DNA of 64,000 nucleotides from Octopus sinensis (GCF_006345805.1 NC_043001.1:111848001-111912000), one strand, 5' to 3'; positions 1-12,957 are shown, counted from the first letter of the stretch. The notes: generated by a model from the letters alone, not told the origin. Program-made: numbers and translations.

Positions 1-730
1 CTTGTGTTAAAGCAAAGGCTCAGATGGAGTGGACATCTGGTCAGGATGAAGGATTCAAGGATGCCAAAACAACTCTTTTATGGAGAGTTAGCTAAAGGAG
101 AACGACCTCCACATAAACCAAAAAAGAGGTATAAGGACTTGCTGAAGGCTTCCTTAAGAGATGCTTGCGTCTCTCCTGACACATGGGAGGGCATAGCTTT
201 TGATCGTAGCAGGTGGAGAAGGATTGTGCACGAGGGGACAGCTACTTTTGAGAAATCTCGAGTTGCGCATGAGAAAGTAAGGACGGATATCAGGAAGGGC
301 ATCGCTGTTACACTTCCAGATGGGAAGGGTCTTCCTTTGATGCTGACATGCAGTGTCTGTGCAAGACCCTGCCTCAGTAAAGCTGGACACAAGAGTCATC
401 TTCGTAGTCATAAAGCGAAACAGATGAGTGACAACCTGGCCACTGGTGGTGGTATTACACACCATACTAATCATATCTGTCAGGCAAGTGGAAAAGAGTG
501 TAATTCGGCAGGAAGATTCAAAGGACATGCAAAGGTGCATGAAGCCCACTTACAACTACAGCCGGCTATTACCGGTAAAGATTTTAGTTGCCATAAAAAG
601 TCAAATTCGATCACAGCACCAATAACAGTTAAGCTTCGTGCAATGGCTATACTCAATAACGAGGGGGCAGCCATCATGTATGTATGTATGTATGTATGTA
701 TGTATGTATGTATGTATGTATGTATGTATG
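1..730 (+). mobile_element. RTE-clade LINE, 3' end (post-RT region plus C2H2 fingers plus (TATG)n tail); continues off the left edge
   Basis: ORF 4-795 reads LRWSGHLVRM..RMPKQLFYGEL..G.R....PKKRYKD.LK..L.......WE..A.DRS.WR..V..G, the typical RTE C-terminal signature. C2H2 at 349-411, degenerate C2H2 at 478-540. The ORF runs into a (TATG)n tail at 677-730. Confidence 0.88.
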
Positions 731-1118
731 TGTTTATTATAAATAAATGGAGTTTAAATAGCCGACAATTTTTCCGTCAGAATTATTTAATGTAGCCTTA
801 ATAACTGACTTCAATATTAACGTAATATGACAGCGTGTTAATTGATGGAATTTTAAATATATTTTTTTGCGTATCCGTATGTTCAATATACATTCACTTA
901 ATCTGTCTTAGAAAAAAATATCCCAATATCTCTTAAGTTAAATCCCATAGCTCTCTCTGCAGAACTGAATAAAACATAGCTTAATATCTGGGTCAGTCAT
1001 TACCAGCTCAACAGAAATGTTTACTTTACGAAGAACTAGATATGCAGAAAAATGTTGCCATGAAAGGCTTGAACTGAGATGGCGTTAATGTGGATACGTG
1101 CTAATATTAGACATAACA

Positions 1119-1255
1119 GGTGCATCCTCGTTAAACGAGAAAGGCCATTGCCAAGAAGACTTACTGAAATGATTCATGATTGTTGCCATGTGAAGCCCTT
1201 ATATGACTTTTAAGCCCGGCCAAGCTTTTACACATTTTATTGCATACTAGACATA
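1119..1255 (-). mobile_element. Second RTE LINE extreme 3' fragment (C2H2 finger plus terminal motif)
   Basis: Minus strand encodes [22 protein letters not shown] (1188-1253). The downstream GCAATGGCCTTTCTCGTTTAACGAGG resembles the end of the first RTE (GCAATGGCTATACTCAATAACGAGG, from 640). Confidence 0.6.
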
Positions 1256-1341
1256 TACACATACACACATTTACATATGTATATGTATGTATATATGTAT
1301 GCATGTATGTATGTATATATATATATATGTATATATATATA

Positions 1342-1392
<51 letters not shown>

Positions 1393-1394
1393 AT

Positions 1395-2410
1395 AAAAAG
1401 GTAAGATAACAAAAGAAAGAAAGAGACCTCAATATTATGTAAATAGAGGAAATTTATCTATACAATATGTTACATTACTCGGTAGTCAAGATAAAACTCT
1501 GAGTTTCAGATGCCGAAGTGGAAATCCACAACACCATCTCTTCGGTTATCTGGCTATTTGAAAACGTTATGAAAAAATACCGTTAAATAAAGGGAAATTA
1601 CTCTGTTATAACTCTGCTTGCCTGCGTACTTATACATCGCTCGCATTTTTCGTCATAAAAATTATATAAAAATACATAAAAAATATATAAAAATATATAA
1701 AAATATATAAATTCTTCTTGGGACATAACATAGAAAGCATGTTCTATCTGTTTTCTTTAGGGGACCAAAAACGTAACAGAAACTTAGTCACATGTGGGCA
1801 TGATCCGAAAAGCTCTGTCCTTGTATTTAGACATGTAGTAGGGTCTAAGCTGCTTTTCCAGATAAGCCATCTCTCCATGTCGCATAGACCGCACCTTAGG
1901 GCTGCCGTTAGTATAGGGCTTACATCTGGCCAAAATCTTCCATTGTATGTTATAATCGACACCTTTATCTCTTAAAGACCAAATATGATTAGACAATTGT
2001 GTCGCTTTTCTTTTGTTCCAGTGCCTAAAGCTCAAAGTGTGGTTATTGAACCTGGCCTTGAAATTACCCTCTGTAAGGCCCACGTATTTCTTCATCGAAA
2101 CGGTGTCTTTAGTGGTTATAGAGTTTACGGTAGCTTCATATATGATGGTCTTGGACATGCAAGCTCCATTTAGCGGGCACAATTCTTTATTCCTGCATGA
2201 ACAGCTGTTTTCTTCTTGTGTTTTTTGTATGTTATGTTTGATTATGTTTTTAAAATTGGTAGTTGAACTAAAACTAATTTTTAAATTGTGTCTATTGAAG
2301 AGTTTCCTATAAGTATGGTTAACTGGAAAATGTCTATCTATCAGTGCTAGGAAATATTTACCTATATTGAAGGCCACCTCGGGTGAAATATCTTGAAATA
2401 AAACTGAATA
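1395..2410 (-). mobile_element. Penelope-like element 3' part: RT thumb/linker, GIY-YIG endonuclease and 3' pLTR; 5'-truncated, frameshifted
   Basis: ORF 1784-2443 has NIGKYFL..IDRHFP...Y.KLFNR.NLKIS, a CSCRNKELCPLNGAC linker and IIYEATV...KYVGLTEGNFKARFNNH (GIY-YIG). After a frameshift near 1895, ORF 1744-1962 continues RCGLCDMER...LNTRTELFGSCPHVTKFLL. Confidence 0.9.
1489..1551 (-). ncRNA. Type I hammerhead ribozyme motif in the PLE 3' repeat (core CCGAAGA, U4C variant)
   Basis: Minus strand: AGATAA-CCGAAGA-[GATG..GTGG attt CCAC..CATC]-T-GAAA-CT-cag-AG-T-T-TTATCT. Stem I is AGATAA/TTATCT (6 bp), stem III is ACT/AGT, cleavage triplet GUU. Same strand as the PLE ORF. Confidence 0.7.
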
Positions 2411-2933
2411 ATGACATAAGCATACATGCATGAATGCACCCATCTATCCATCCATCCATCCATACATACATACATAAAATACGAAGCACGAATACATGCA
2501 ACATGAATTATTCTTTCGAACAACGAAAGGCACAAATGGACAACAAAACAAGCAGCATAAAGAACGACCCTTCATCAGCTGTTGGTTGTCTTTCTAGTCT
2601 CGTATTTCGAGCATATAACAACAATCAACGGTTTCGATAAAACAGTTGCTCCCACAAAGAAAAATAAAATTTGGGACTTTGCTGAGGGTTTATATGTATA
2701 TGATTAATAAAACGAAACGGGGTAAAAAAGAGAAGAAAACATAACGCAATGACGTGGTACGTTCAGGGAAGGACATAAAAAATGTTTCTTTTTACGTTTC
2801 GAGCAAAGCACTTCTTCAGAAACAGGTGACAGGGGAAAAATCGCCAACAATCCACATGTAGTTTCCCCCACCTCCTCCTCCTCCTCCTCCTCCTCCTCCC
2901 CCACCTATATATGAATAGAGATAGATATATACA

Positions 2934-2989
<56 letters not shown>

Positions 2990-3354
2990 TATATATATGA
3001 ATATATATGCATACATACATAACACATGCATGTGCACACGCATATATATTTAATGATAATATGTCAATAACAACTTTATTTCTCTTTACAGGAAGTGAAC
3101 GACATATATTAGGCAATTGCCATCAGTATAAGACACGCTTGTCTCCCGTTCTGAATGGAGATGATTGCAGAACTGGCGGAATGCGGTTGAAATAAATTCG
3201 TGGTTATGTACTTTCATATGGAAAGATAAAATTTTTCCGTTGAGAAATTTGCTTTTTATTTTAATTCTTTTGAGATTGATACGATAAGTATTCTCGAAGA
3301 TGGTTTTCCAGCATGGCATTTATAGAGCGAAGAGCAAACATAAAAATCGGATAC

Positions 3355-3367
3355 ATACATATACATG

Positions 3368-3428
<61 letters not shown>

Positions 3429-3541
3429 GTATGTATGTATGTCTCTGGTGTATCTCTATATGTGTATATTGATATGCATATATATATATATAGATGCATA
3501 TATATATATGTATGTATGTATATTTGTATATATATATACAA

Positions 3542-3576
<35 letters not shown>

Positions 3577-3598
3577 CATATATATATACATATGTATA

Positions 3599-3655
<57 letters not shown>

Positions 3656-3760
3656 GCACATATGTATGTATACAGACACACACACATATATATATTTTGT
3701 GTATATATGTATATATATATAGAGAGAGAGAGAGAGAAAGAGTGGATGAGAGAGAGAGAG
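3355..3760. repeat. Compound (TA)n/(TATG)n/(GA)n microsatellite, representative of many
   Basis: Similar tracts lie at about 1270-1390, 2930-3050, 13300-13740, 15820-16130, 20190-20490, 21840-22300, 26620-27150, 27470-27960, 36990-37185, 46520-46815, 60290-60940, 61280-61740 and 62590-62950. Confidence 0.97.
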
Positions 3761-4888
3761 TTTGAGGGAGAGAAAGTGTGAGAGATAGCTGACTAGTGAA
3801 TTAAGTCAGGCAGATAACGTGAAATGTCCCAAAAAGAAAAAAATGAAATACAATCAATATCCGCTGTGCCTTGTAGAAATGCCATCCAATGTAGAATACA
3901 TTTTTGATAAGAAGCTACATGCTGGCATCTGATCCTTCTAAAGAAGCTATCTGCATACGATATATGTAGTAGTTGAAATGAAGCGGGGTGTATATATGAG
4001 GATTTATTCAATTATATATATCCAGTATTTAAGCAATTTTTTTTTTATCTCTCTTCCAGAAATGTATATCGAAATTGTTCTTTTGTAAAAGTAAAATCAA
4101 TAGAAAGCCTCAAAATTACTGAAAGCAGCAGATGCCAATCAATATTGTTATCTGTCAAGCCAATAGACCCAATATATGTTACGTTCCTCAATAGCACACG
4201 CTTCTTTTACATTATTTTCTCATGTCAGTGTATTGTTGTTGTTAGCCATTTATAAAGAAAAGAAAAACATGTCTTCTTATCAACATTTATAGATTATTTA
4301 ACGCATGAACAAACAACAATCTGTCCATGAGACAAGCATCGAGGAGAGAACACATCGGTTTAACTACGCTGTCAAATATCAATAACGTAAAAAACAAGTT
4401 GCTGTATTTACAACTCATTAAGCAAACGATTTTTGGTGCTCTAAACCTTTAACCACAGCAGTTACGAGTAAATGTTAAGATTTGGTGATATCGAATTAGT
4501 ATAATTATTAGGAGATTAAAACGAAAGAGTTATAAAAATTGAAACAGTACTGTCAAAAATTTGAATACCATTTCTTTTCACGATGGAAATTGCCGTGGAA
4601 TGGGCAGCGCACCCGGCTTTCGTAGGCACCCGAAGAAGGGTGCACGTGATACAATTCATGCTGCATTTGAATAGCTGCAATTTTCTGAGTAAACACATAG
4701 AAAGTCTGTGTGTGTAATTTCACTACACCATTTCATTGCTAGTCTGACTTGAGTCTTATAGAGGTCTTGATCTCAATACTTGTGGGGAATCTATGTATTT
4801 TCTTGTTATGAAGAGAAAGGCTAAACCAGGTGCTGCTGTCTTTGCCTTGTTATGAAGTTTTAATCCACAAGAAATACCCTTAGTTTTA

Positions 4889-6170
4889 TTGGGTTGGCAA
4901 GAAGGTAATTTCGTTTTTCGCAAATCGATAGAATTACGAATTTATTTCATGACTTTAGTCCATGTTATGATTTTTTCCTTTTCCCATTTGATAGCCATTA
5001 CATTTAGCTTATTTTCGAAGAAAATTGCTGCTAAGTTTGTTAAAAGTTGTTAGTTCAGTGTCAATTTTAACATGGATTGCAAAAACGAACATTTTCGCCG
5101 TATTTGCTTTTTATTTCTTTAAATGTAAGGTTCATAAAAAGATATGTGAATTTTAGGGTGATGATTGCTTAACAGAACGTACGTGTCAGAAAAAGTTTAA
5201 AAAATTCCGTTTTGGAGATTTTTCCCTCAAAGATAACCAACATTCTGGTCGACCTTCTGAAGTTGATGAGGACCGAATCAAAGTGATAATTGAACCTGAT
5301 TACCATACAACTGTGCGAGACATCGCAAAGATATTAAATGTATCACAAGCAACAATTGAAAATCACGCAAAATGTCTTGGACAAATTAAGAAGCTCATTA
5401 ATTGGGTTCCACATAAATTTGAAGAGTGTCACTTAACCCAACGAATCAATATTTGTGATATGCATCGCAAACTCAATGAAATCGAACTGTTTTTGGAACG
5501 GATCATCACCGGTGATGAAAAATGGGTTGTCTTCAATATCATCAATCAAAAACGATCATGCTCCAAGCGTAATGAACCAGTACAAACAACATCGAATGCT
5601 GGATTGCATAAAAAAAACGGTAATGTTGTCAATTTGGTGGGATTACAAAGGTTGGATATTTTGAACTTCTTCAAGGAACCAAACGATCAATTCAGGTGTT
5701 TACTATCAATAACTAACGAAACTAGAGGAAGCAAAAAAAAAAAAAAAAGTAGTGACCAGAATTGGTAAATCGTAAAGGAATCGTGTTCTACTATGACAAC
5801 ACTAGACCCAGCACAAGTCTTTGCTAGGTCTTGAACAATTATTGGAGCTTGATTGAGAAGTGATGTCACAGCCATCATATAGCCCTGACCTTGTACCACC
5901 AGATTACCATTTATTTCGAAATTTGCAAAATTCTTTGAATGGTGAAACTTTCAATAAAGATGGCGACCTGAAATCACACTTGCTTCAGTTTTTGGCTGAT
6001 AAGGACAATAAATTCTAAGAATGTAGAATCATAAAGTTGCCAGAAAGCTGGCCAAAGGTCATCGAACAAAATGGAAAATATATAATTGATTAAAGCTCAT
6101 TCTTTGTATGAAAAAATCAATGACTTTTATTTAACACTAAAAAACCGAAAATACTTTCTTGCCAACCCAA
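4889..6170 (+). mobile_element. Full-length decayed mariner (DD34D-type) DNA transposon
   Basis: TIRs ttgggttggcaagaaggtaatttcg (4889) and cgaaaatactttcttgccaacccaa (to 6170), flanked by TA and TG. Broken transposase 5072-6093 retains SGRP, WVPH, TGDEKW, YDNTRP and PYSPDL.P.DYHLF motifs. Confidence 0.93.
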
Positions 6171-8311
6171 TGCATAAGACAAAGAATTTAAAGGAAGCGT
6201 TTTGTATTGCCTGTTAACCATGCTTAGATGGCATTCACGAGATTGTGTTATCGAAACGTGAACTGCGTTGTAGCATTATTAAAATGGCGAGAATAGTATG
6301 GCTCTACTGTAGAATATATCTGAGGCACTGCACCTGCATTTCGGAGGAAGCTTAGCATTAAGCTAGCAGAGCTCCCACCACTCAGTCAGCTGTCTTGTAG
6401 TGTGTCACAGCACATAAGAATTGGGTGGGGGCGCATAGCAGTATGTGAATGAGTGGTTGGCAGTTTCAGTAAGTTGCTGGTCGAAGGTTGGACCGAACCT
6501 TGACTAGAGATGGAAAACATTGAGAATGATAATAGTGCCAACACGTAGGACAAAGGTGGTTGGAGCAGGATTGCGGAAATATTCAATTTCTGTATCCAGC
6601 TTTTGGAAATACGGAGAACAATTACTTCACAATTGAGTGTAGAGCGCTGTATGTCGTGGTTGCAGATGGAAAAAGAGTGAAAGAGTTGTTGGTGATTAGA
6701 GCTGGGATTCAGAGTATGGTAGAAAGAGCAGATGTATTTAGAGGACTAAGGAAGATAGACTTTGAGCCAGAGTAACTGAAAGTCCATATTCTTAATATAC
6801 ATGCGAGAGGGAGCGAAAGAAGAAATGAGAGTGGAGGAGACACAAAGAGAGACAGGAGGGGAAAAAGATAGCGGTAGGGAGAGAGTGCATAAAGGTATTA
6901 AATGTGCATATGTACCAATAAAGAGCGATAACTCTTGAAAGAACAATAATACCTGAAATATGCATATACTTCCAATACCGACTTTCTTCGATCGCATTTT
7001 TTACATGGCTGTAGTACAGGAAATTCTGAAGAGCATAATAAAAGTCCTGGCACCACCATAATTTTTTGTTCGTGACTCACCCTATATAATATCCCATAAC
7101 ACCTGTTTCTTATAAAGTAGCATCTTTTTACTGAAACGATTAAAAGGTGGTTTAACAAGGCAATTTCGGTTTGAACGCACAAACTTCCGACAGAATAATA
7201 AAAATACCCAACGAGTATGTTTATATGGATTGACTCGTGATATCAGCTAAATGTCCCTCAGATTACAAATTATTGTATTGAAAAGAGAGACACATAGGAG
7301 TATACTATATTTGGTACGCTATACCCGTGCAAAATTTATGATTATCACGCGGGGAATGCTTATAGATCATGGTTCTGCTCAATCAGGTGTGAGCTAGTGT
7401 TAAGTAACACTATGGTGATATTGTAATTTATCACTGATATAGAAATATTATCTGCCACAAAGACCGGAGAATAAGTGCGAAATCAGACAGGAATTCGATG
7501 TAGAAGCTCGAAATAGTAAAATAGAAACTGTGAAGTTCCAGCTACGTGGAGCCTTTAAGCTAAATAAGCTGCTTTCAAGTGAACAGTAATAAGAAATTTA
7601 TCGCCTTGGGATTTTCAGCAATGATAAGAATGGATCGCATTATCCAAGAAAAACACACCAGTAAAACAAAGAAAACAAAATTGTTAATAATATAACCGGA
7701 GAAGATGCCAAGAAAAATATTTGTCGACCATTCTCTTCTTTAATTGGTATAATTCAAACGACTTTAGCTTTTCGTAAAGGAGTGAATGGAATATGAGCTT
7801 AGTTCTGCTGCCGGAATATTGAGCGATTTATTTACATAGCTTAATGTGGAAGTGAAGTTTGAAATGAAACCAAACTGTTGACTTACATCAAAGTAATTAA
7901 AAATAAAGATAATATTTAAATTTGAATTATATATTTTGATTAACGTAAACAGTGTGGGGAATCAAGTCTGTGGTTTTACTTTTAATTTTATAACATGGCA
8001 ACATTAATAAGATGGAAGTAGGAGTAAATGAACTGGTTTCAGAAATCCTGTTTCGCAGAATAGCCACCAGGTTAAAGTAATGTAAGCAATAAAGTTTACC
8101 ATACTTTTATTGTTGTCTTTCTAAAAACAATTTCAAAAGCAGACGATTAGAAATAACTGAAAAAGCAGCAACACTACTGCGCTACGGTAAATAGCTTCTA
8201 ATTTTTACCTAGGCTTCGAACTGGTAGAGTGATATGTGTTTTGATACCATTTGGTATGAGTTTAATTCCCGCCGACATCGAGTTCACTTTCATTATTTCA
8301 GGATCGACATG

Positions 8312-8528
8312 TAAGGCGACGAGCTGCCAGTAGTATAAGACGCCATACAAAAAGGCTTAGCGGTGTTTCGTCCGTCTTCACTTTGAGACTTCAAATTCTG
8401 TCGGGATCGACTCTGCTTTCCATCCTTACGGATTCGATAAAATATGTGCCCGTTGAATACTGGGGTCGACATAATTGACTTACCTCTTCCCTAAAACTGC
8501 TGGCCTTGAGCAAAAATTTAAATCAATT
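8312..8528 (+). mobile_element. SINE family B (tRNA head aaggcggcgagctggcagaa; Meta-like central domain), diverged
   Basis: Matches the cleaner family B copies at 14786 and 29990 by eye. Confidence 0.65.
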
Positions 8529-9789
8529 AATTCAGAATCGATAACAAAAGACTCATCGGGAGTGATGGGTTGAGGAGTACAGCAAAAAGTCGGACTCCTG
8601 GCATCCTGATTACAGGTAATGACATGGCTATGCCCTTCATACTTTGTAGACATAAACCACCAACCGGAGTAATATAACAGCTGATACTTTGAGAGCGGTT
8701 ACTCATTTTGGAAGCCTCTGGAACAAGTTTTCGACTTAAGGATAAAGTTTTCTTTCCTTTGCATCTGTCTTCGAGCTTCTTAATCACAAGCTCATTGAGA
8801 ACATTCAGGAAAACAGTAACACAGAATGGAAACTCAAAACACGAATGTGCTCATACCAGCGCGTGCAGTGAGGAGGGATCTCTGCCTGAACCAGACTAAA
8901 GATCCTCAAAACTATGCCCCCCCTCCTACTTCTATCAACTTGTTCATAGTTTCAATGTTCACTCACTGGCTCCTTCCTAAAATGCCAACCCCGAGTAAAT
9001 TTGTGCTTGGTGCTGAGGGAGCTGAGAAAAAGTGCACGCCCAGTCTAAGTTCTTCAAAAATTTGATCAAAGTTTGTTTGAAAATTCTTTTATAAAACTTT
9101 GTCTTTCACAGGTTTCGCATTATTTCTGTTGTTAATCTGTACAAAAATTTCCCAGAAACACTTAGGTAAATGTTTTAAATCATCTAGCAATTGTTTTGCT
9201 TTGCGAAGAAGTGTAAAATTCTTCGATGTGAGGCAAAACGCATTTCTCCTTGCTTTTTTGTTTGTTCTTTAACTTTTGGAGGGTATGGACAATCATTATC
9301 GAATTATCCGGACCCTATGTGGACACAATATTTTGTTGGTCACCAGATAGGCTGTCCACAATTGAAAATTCAGCGACCGAGGCTACAAATTTGGGATTTG
9401 TAGGCAGTATATTGTAGGTAGTATATGTAATACGCAGTTAAACTTGAGCGTATGAGGAATGATCCTGCATTTATTTCATCTAGGATGATTACATATAAGT
9501 CACATTCAATATTTATGAAATCTGAGCATTCATAACATCACCGATTGCGGGAAACTAAAATCAATTTATTCGTCGCGCTAAACCTAGCGAACTAGATTAA
9601 GAGAACTAGTTAAGAGAAAATCGACAGGTGAATCGCCAATGCTTATCCCTACAAAGCAGAATTAGATTAGCGTTTCTGCAGTTTAATAAGCAAATAGGGA
9701 TATAAAATTCTAGAAGTGAGGTCAGGCCTATTAGGAATCTAGCAGAGGCGCTTAGCAAAATCATTTCGACTGAAATGCTGGCGGCCAGT

Positions 9790-10500
9790 TTGACAAAGCG
9801 CAAAGATTAAGTTGTCAGAACCGCAGCGAGTACTCTCATGCATGGAGAACTGGAAGCCAGTCGATGGCCCTGAATGGCAGTAGCGCAAAATGCTTCCAAA
9901 TCATATTTTGGTGTCTTGACGGGTCGGCTGGGCCCCGACCTTCTCGATTCCCAGAGGATATGGGTGGCTTTTTCAATGACACTCTACTCAGCTTTAAGGG
10001 GAGAATGGCAGGTAGAAGAGGTAAATGTATCATGGCTTTTGGCTACTTATATGGAGCTCTGTGAAAGACTGATAACAGCACATGAAATACAGGAAGTGAT
10101 GGCTGGTTGCACGACCTACGAGCTTCTTCACACAATAGTCTGTTCGGAGTTCTCTTGACAGATGTCTACTACAACTGGCAGTAGAACTGCGAAACGAGGG
10201 GTGATGGTGTTGTTCAGGAAGGGTTCGAACGAAGTGAATGGTTTTAGCAGCTTCAGACCCGTGTCTATGCTAGTTGCTGTGTCGAAGAATTTGGTCAAGG
10301 TGTTAGTTAAGAGATGTGTACATGTCGATAAACTGGTCTGTGAAACGCAGACACGTGACATCTGAAACAGGTCACCAAAGATACCTCCGTGTCACGCGAT
10401 ACACCATAAAAAGGACGAGTAAAGAAACCGGCATGCGTGAGATGCTGAACTGTTTAAATCAGTCAAAAACGTTTGATAGGGATGACATAAATACTTTGCG
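9790..10500 (+). mobile_element. L1/Tx1-clade LINE RT fragment, heavily degraded
   Basis: Spliced frames give ITAHEIQEVMAGC, RGVMVLFRKGSNEVNGFSSFRPVSML...KNLVKVLVKR and NQSKTFDR, matching the RT N-terminal motifs (..FRPI.LLN...KI..K.L..R; D..KAFD). Confidence 0.7.
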
Positions 10501-10713
10501 GATATTCTCATGTGTGCTGTTTTCGTTCCTGAGGTTGGATCCTTTTAAAATACACTGACATCTGCTCGGTGTTGAAATAAATTGACCAACTACAGGAACA
10601 TTCTTTTGTTTACTTGTGTTTGTGGAAATCTCTATTATCGTTTATCTTTGTATTGTTATAAATGTGTTTTGTTGCCCGTTGGTGAGTAAACAACGATTGT
10701 TATTATTGTGATT

Positions 10714-11172
10714 TAGGCAGCGAGCTAGCAGGATTGTTAGTGCGTCGGAAAAATTCTTAGCGACATTTCTTCCGGCACTTTACGTTTCATGTCCAAAACC
10801 AGTGGCAGTCATCATGGCGTTTTATCCCATCAGGTCCAATAAAATAATGTACCAGGAAGTCCTGGAGTCTGTGGAATCAGCTGATGATAAAATTGTTGAC
10901 ATTACGCCACGGTTTTAAACTTTATAATTATTGCTGTTATTCTTATTAGATACGACGAGGACGGCGAGCTGGCAGTATCGTTAGCACGCCGTGCAAAATA
11001 CCTAAGGGGGTTACGTCTGTCTTGAGTTCAAATTCCACCGAGGTCGATTGTCACTTTAATCTTTTTGGGATCGATAAAAATGAATGCCAGTTAAATACTG
11101 AGGTTGGTGTATTCGACTAGCACCATTCCCCTCCAAATTTATGGCCTCGATCTTATAGTAGAAGGGATTATT
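10714..11172 (+). mobile_element. Two diverged family B SINEs (about 10714-10870 and 10958-11172)
   Basis: Heads taggcagcgagctagcagg and aggacggcgagctggcag; shared body gagttcaaattcc..gaggtcga. Confidence 0.7.
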
Positions 11173-12075
11173 AGGTATGTCGTACACGCCTGAGCATCTT
11201 GTCCGCTTCGATGATACTTAGATTTTTACCAAGTTTCTTAATGTAAAGTTTTCTCTTTTCAGATTATTTTCAAACGGATCTTTCGAAAGTGAAGAATGTT
11301 GTTCAAAGCTGGAGGAAATAAAAACTGTTTTCAAACTTATTAGAATTTATTTCATTTTCGTCTATTTACATTTCTTTTCAATAGGGCCTTTCTAGTTAGA
11401 TCAGCGGAAGTACCCCCCAAAAAATTAACTTTAAATATAACGATACTAACCCCAAACATATACACATACACAGAGAAAAACTGAATCAGATACACTTTAT
11501 AAAATGAGAAAAATACAGCTATTTTCCGAATTGTAAACGTTAATTTACACGTCACTCACAAAAGCATATATGACAAGAAGGCTTTGGATAGCGTTTAGTA
11601 GTCAAGGAGAATTATTAGATATAATTAGTTTATCGAGGTAAAAATGTAACGTAATAGCAACCTGTCATGAGAGACAAGTTGCCATTATTTACCTATACAA
11701 GAATAGAAATTATGAATCGTAACTTCGCAAAATGAGCTTGTCGTTGCTCTCAGATTAACAAAGGAAGAGGAAACTAAATGACATGTGGAATAACACATCC
11801 TGTATAAGTGGTGTAGAAAATATACGAATATGTTCCTTTGTGTTTATCTCACTATGTTTATCTCACTATTTTAAGCGCGTGCATTTATCTGGAAGGATCG
11901 CCTAACTTTCGGAAAGACTGCGACGGTTCTAAATGTGCGCTGCTCATAATTATGGAATGTGTTTTGTTATGAAATATTCTTGATATGAGCAGTACTTGTG
12001 TTTTCTTTTTTCCTAGTCAAAGAGATAACGTTGGCATGTGCCAATCTAGAGATGCACTTTTGGAATTCATGTACA

Positions 12076-12243
12076 TTTTTCGCAAAGAGAGTTACGATTT
12101 TTTTTTTGTCAATGTTATAATTTTCTTTTTCCTTTTGACATTTGATAGCTGTTACTTCTAGTTTACTTTAGAAGCACATTGCGTGTATTTTTGCTTACAG
12201 CTTTTAGTTCAGTGTCAATTTTAACATGGAGTGCAAAAACGAC
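12076..12243 (+). mobile_element. 5' fragment of the same mariner family as 4889-6170
   Basis: ttagttcagtgtcaattttaacatgga.tgcaaaaacga is shared with the transposase start region (about 5050-5088); upstream similarity is weaker. Confidence 0.7.
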
Positions 12244-12325
12244 CGTCCATAAATGCTAAAGTTTGTTTTAGAATTTATGGGAGCAACTGTTTTTGAAGAC
12301 TCATTGAATGTTCGAAATGAAAATA

Positions 12326-12421
12326 CTACTTGTGCTACTGCTGCAGCTGCTGCTACTACTACTACTACTACTGTTGCTGCTGCAGCTGCTACTACTATTA
12401 CTACTAATGCTGCTGCAGCTG

Positions 12422-12459
<38 letters not shown>

Positions 12460-12523
12460 GATACTACTACTACTACTACTAATGCTGCTGCTCCTGCTGC
12501 TGCTGCTGCTGCTGCTGCTACTG

Positions 12524-12558
<35 letters not shown>

Positions 12559-12570
12559 GTTACTACTACG
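12326..12570. repeat. Compound (ACT)n/(GCT)n trinucleotide repeat
   Basis: Read directly; it explains the poly-Thr/Ala and poly-Leu ORFs. Confidence 0.95.
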
Positions 12571-12957
12571 AACGATTTCTTAACAAATCAGAAGAGATCG
12601 AGGACGGTCCAGAACGATACCTTTTATCACATGGAGCATCGTTCTGTAAAACAAAGCATAGGAGCTACAAAAGTAAAAAAAAAAATAAATAAAAACAAAA
12701 AAAAATGTTCAAAACAAAATTCCTCAAAATGGTAGGGAAACAACTACTTGTGAAATCCCCAGAAAGTCACGGTCACCTTGGACGCGAAGACAGTGGCCAA
12801 CTCCAGGTTTCCTGGTAGACCTGTCTAGTAGGCCCATGCTCGCAACTCGCGTCCACATTTCAACAAATTTATTCGTTGGCGCAACATGCATCTCTCTAAA
12901 CAATTTAACCTTTTCAATAACGATTTCCCATAAAAATTCGAATAAATACGATTTCAA

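Noticed and set aside
1640-1745. Possible SECIS after the PLE stop codon (ATGACGAAAAAATG)
   Set aside because: The spacing between ATGA and the A-run is too short, there is no helix, and no in-frame TGA at Cys sites.
2514-2640. CTGATGAAGG on the minus strand upstream of the PLE, a possible extra hammerhead
   Set aside because: No nearby GAAA gives consistent stems I-III.
3075-3200. Plus-strand acceptor ttatttctctttacag|GAAGTG
   Set aside because: No good branch point or donor and no recognisable peptide.
6230-9100. GC-richer stretches at about 6230-6790 and 8540-9100, possible LINE or exon remnants
   Set aside because: No motif could be assigned in any frame; left unannotated.
12253-12735. 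160-aa Thr/Ala-rich ORF resembling a mucin or antifreeze protein
   Set aside because: It is an (ACT)n/(GCT)n repeat, open in several frames, with no convincing flanking coding sequence.
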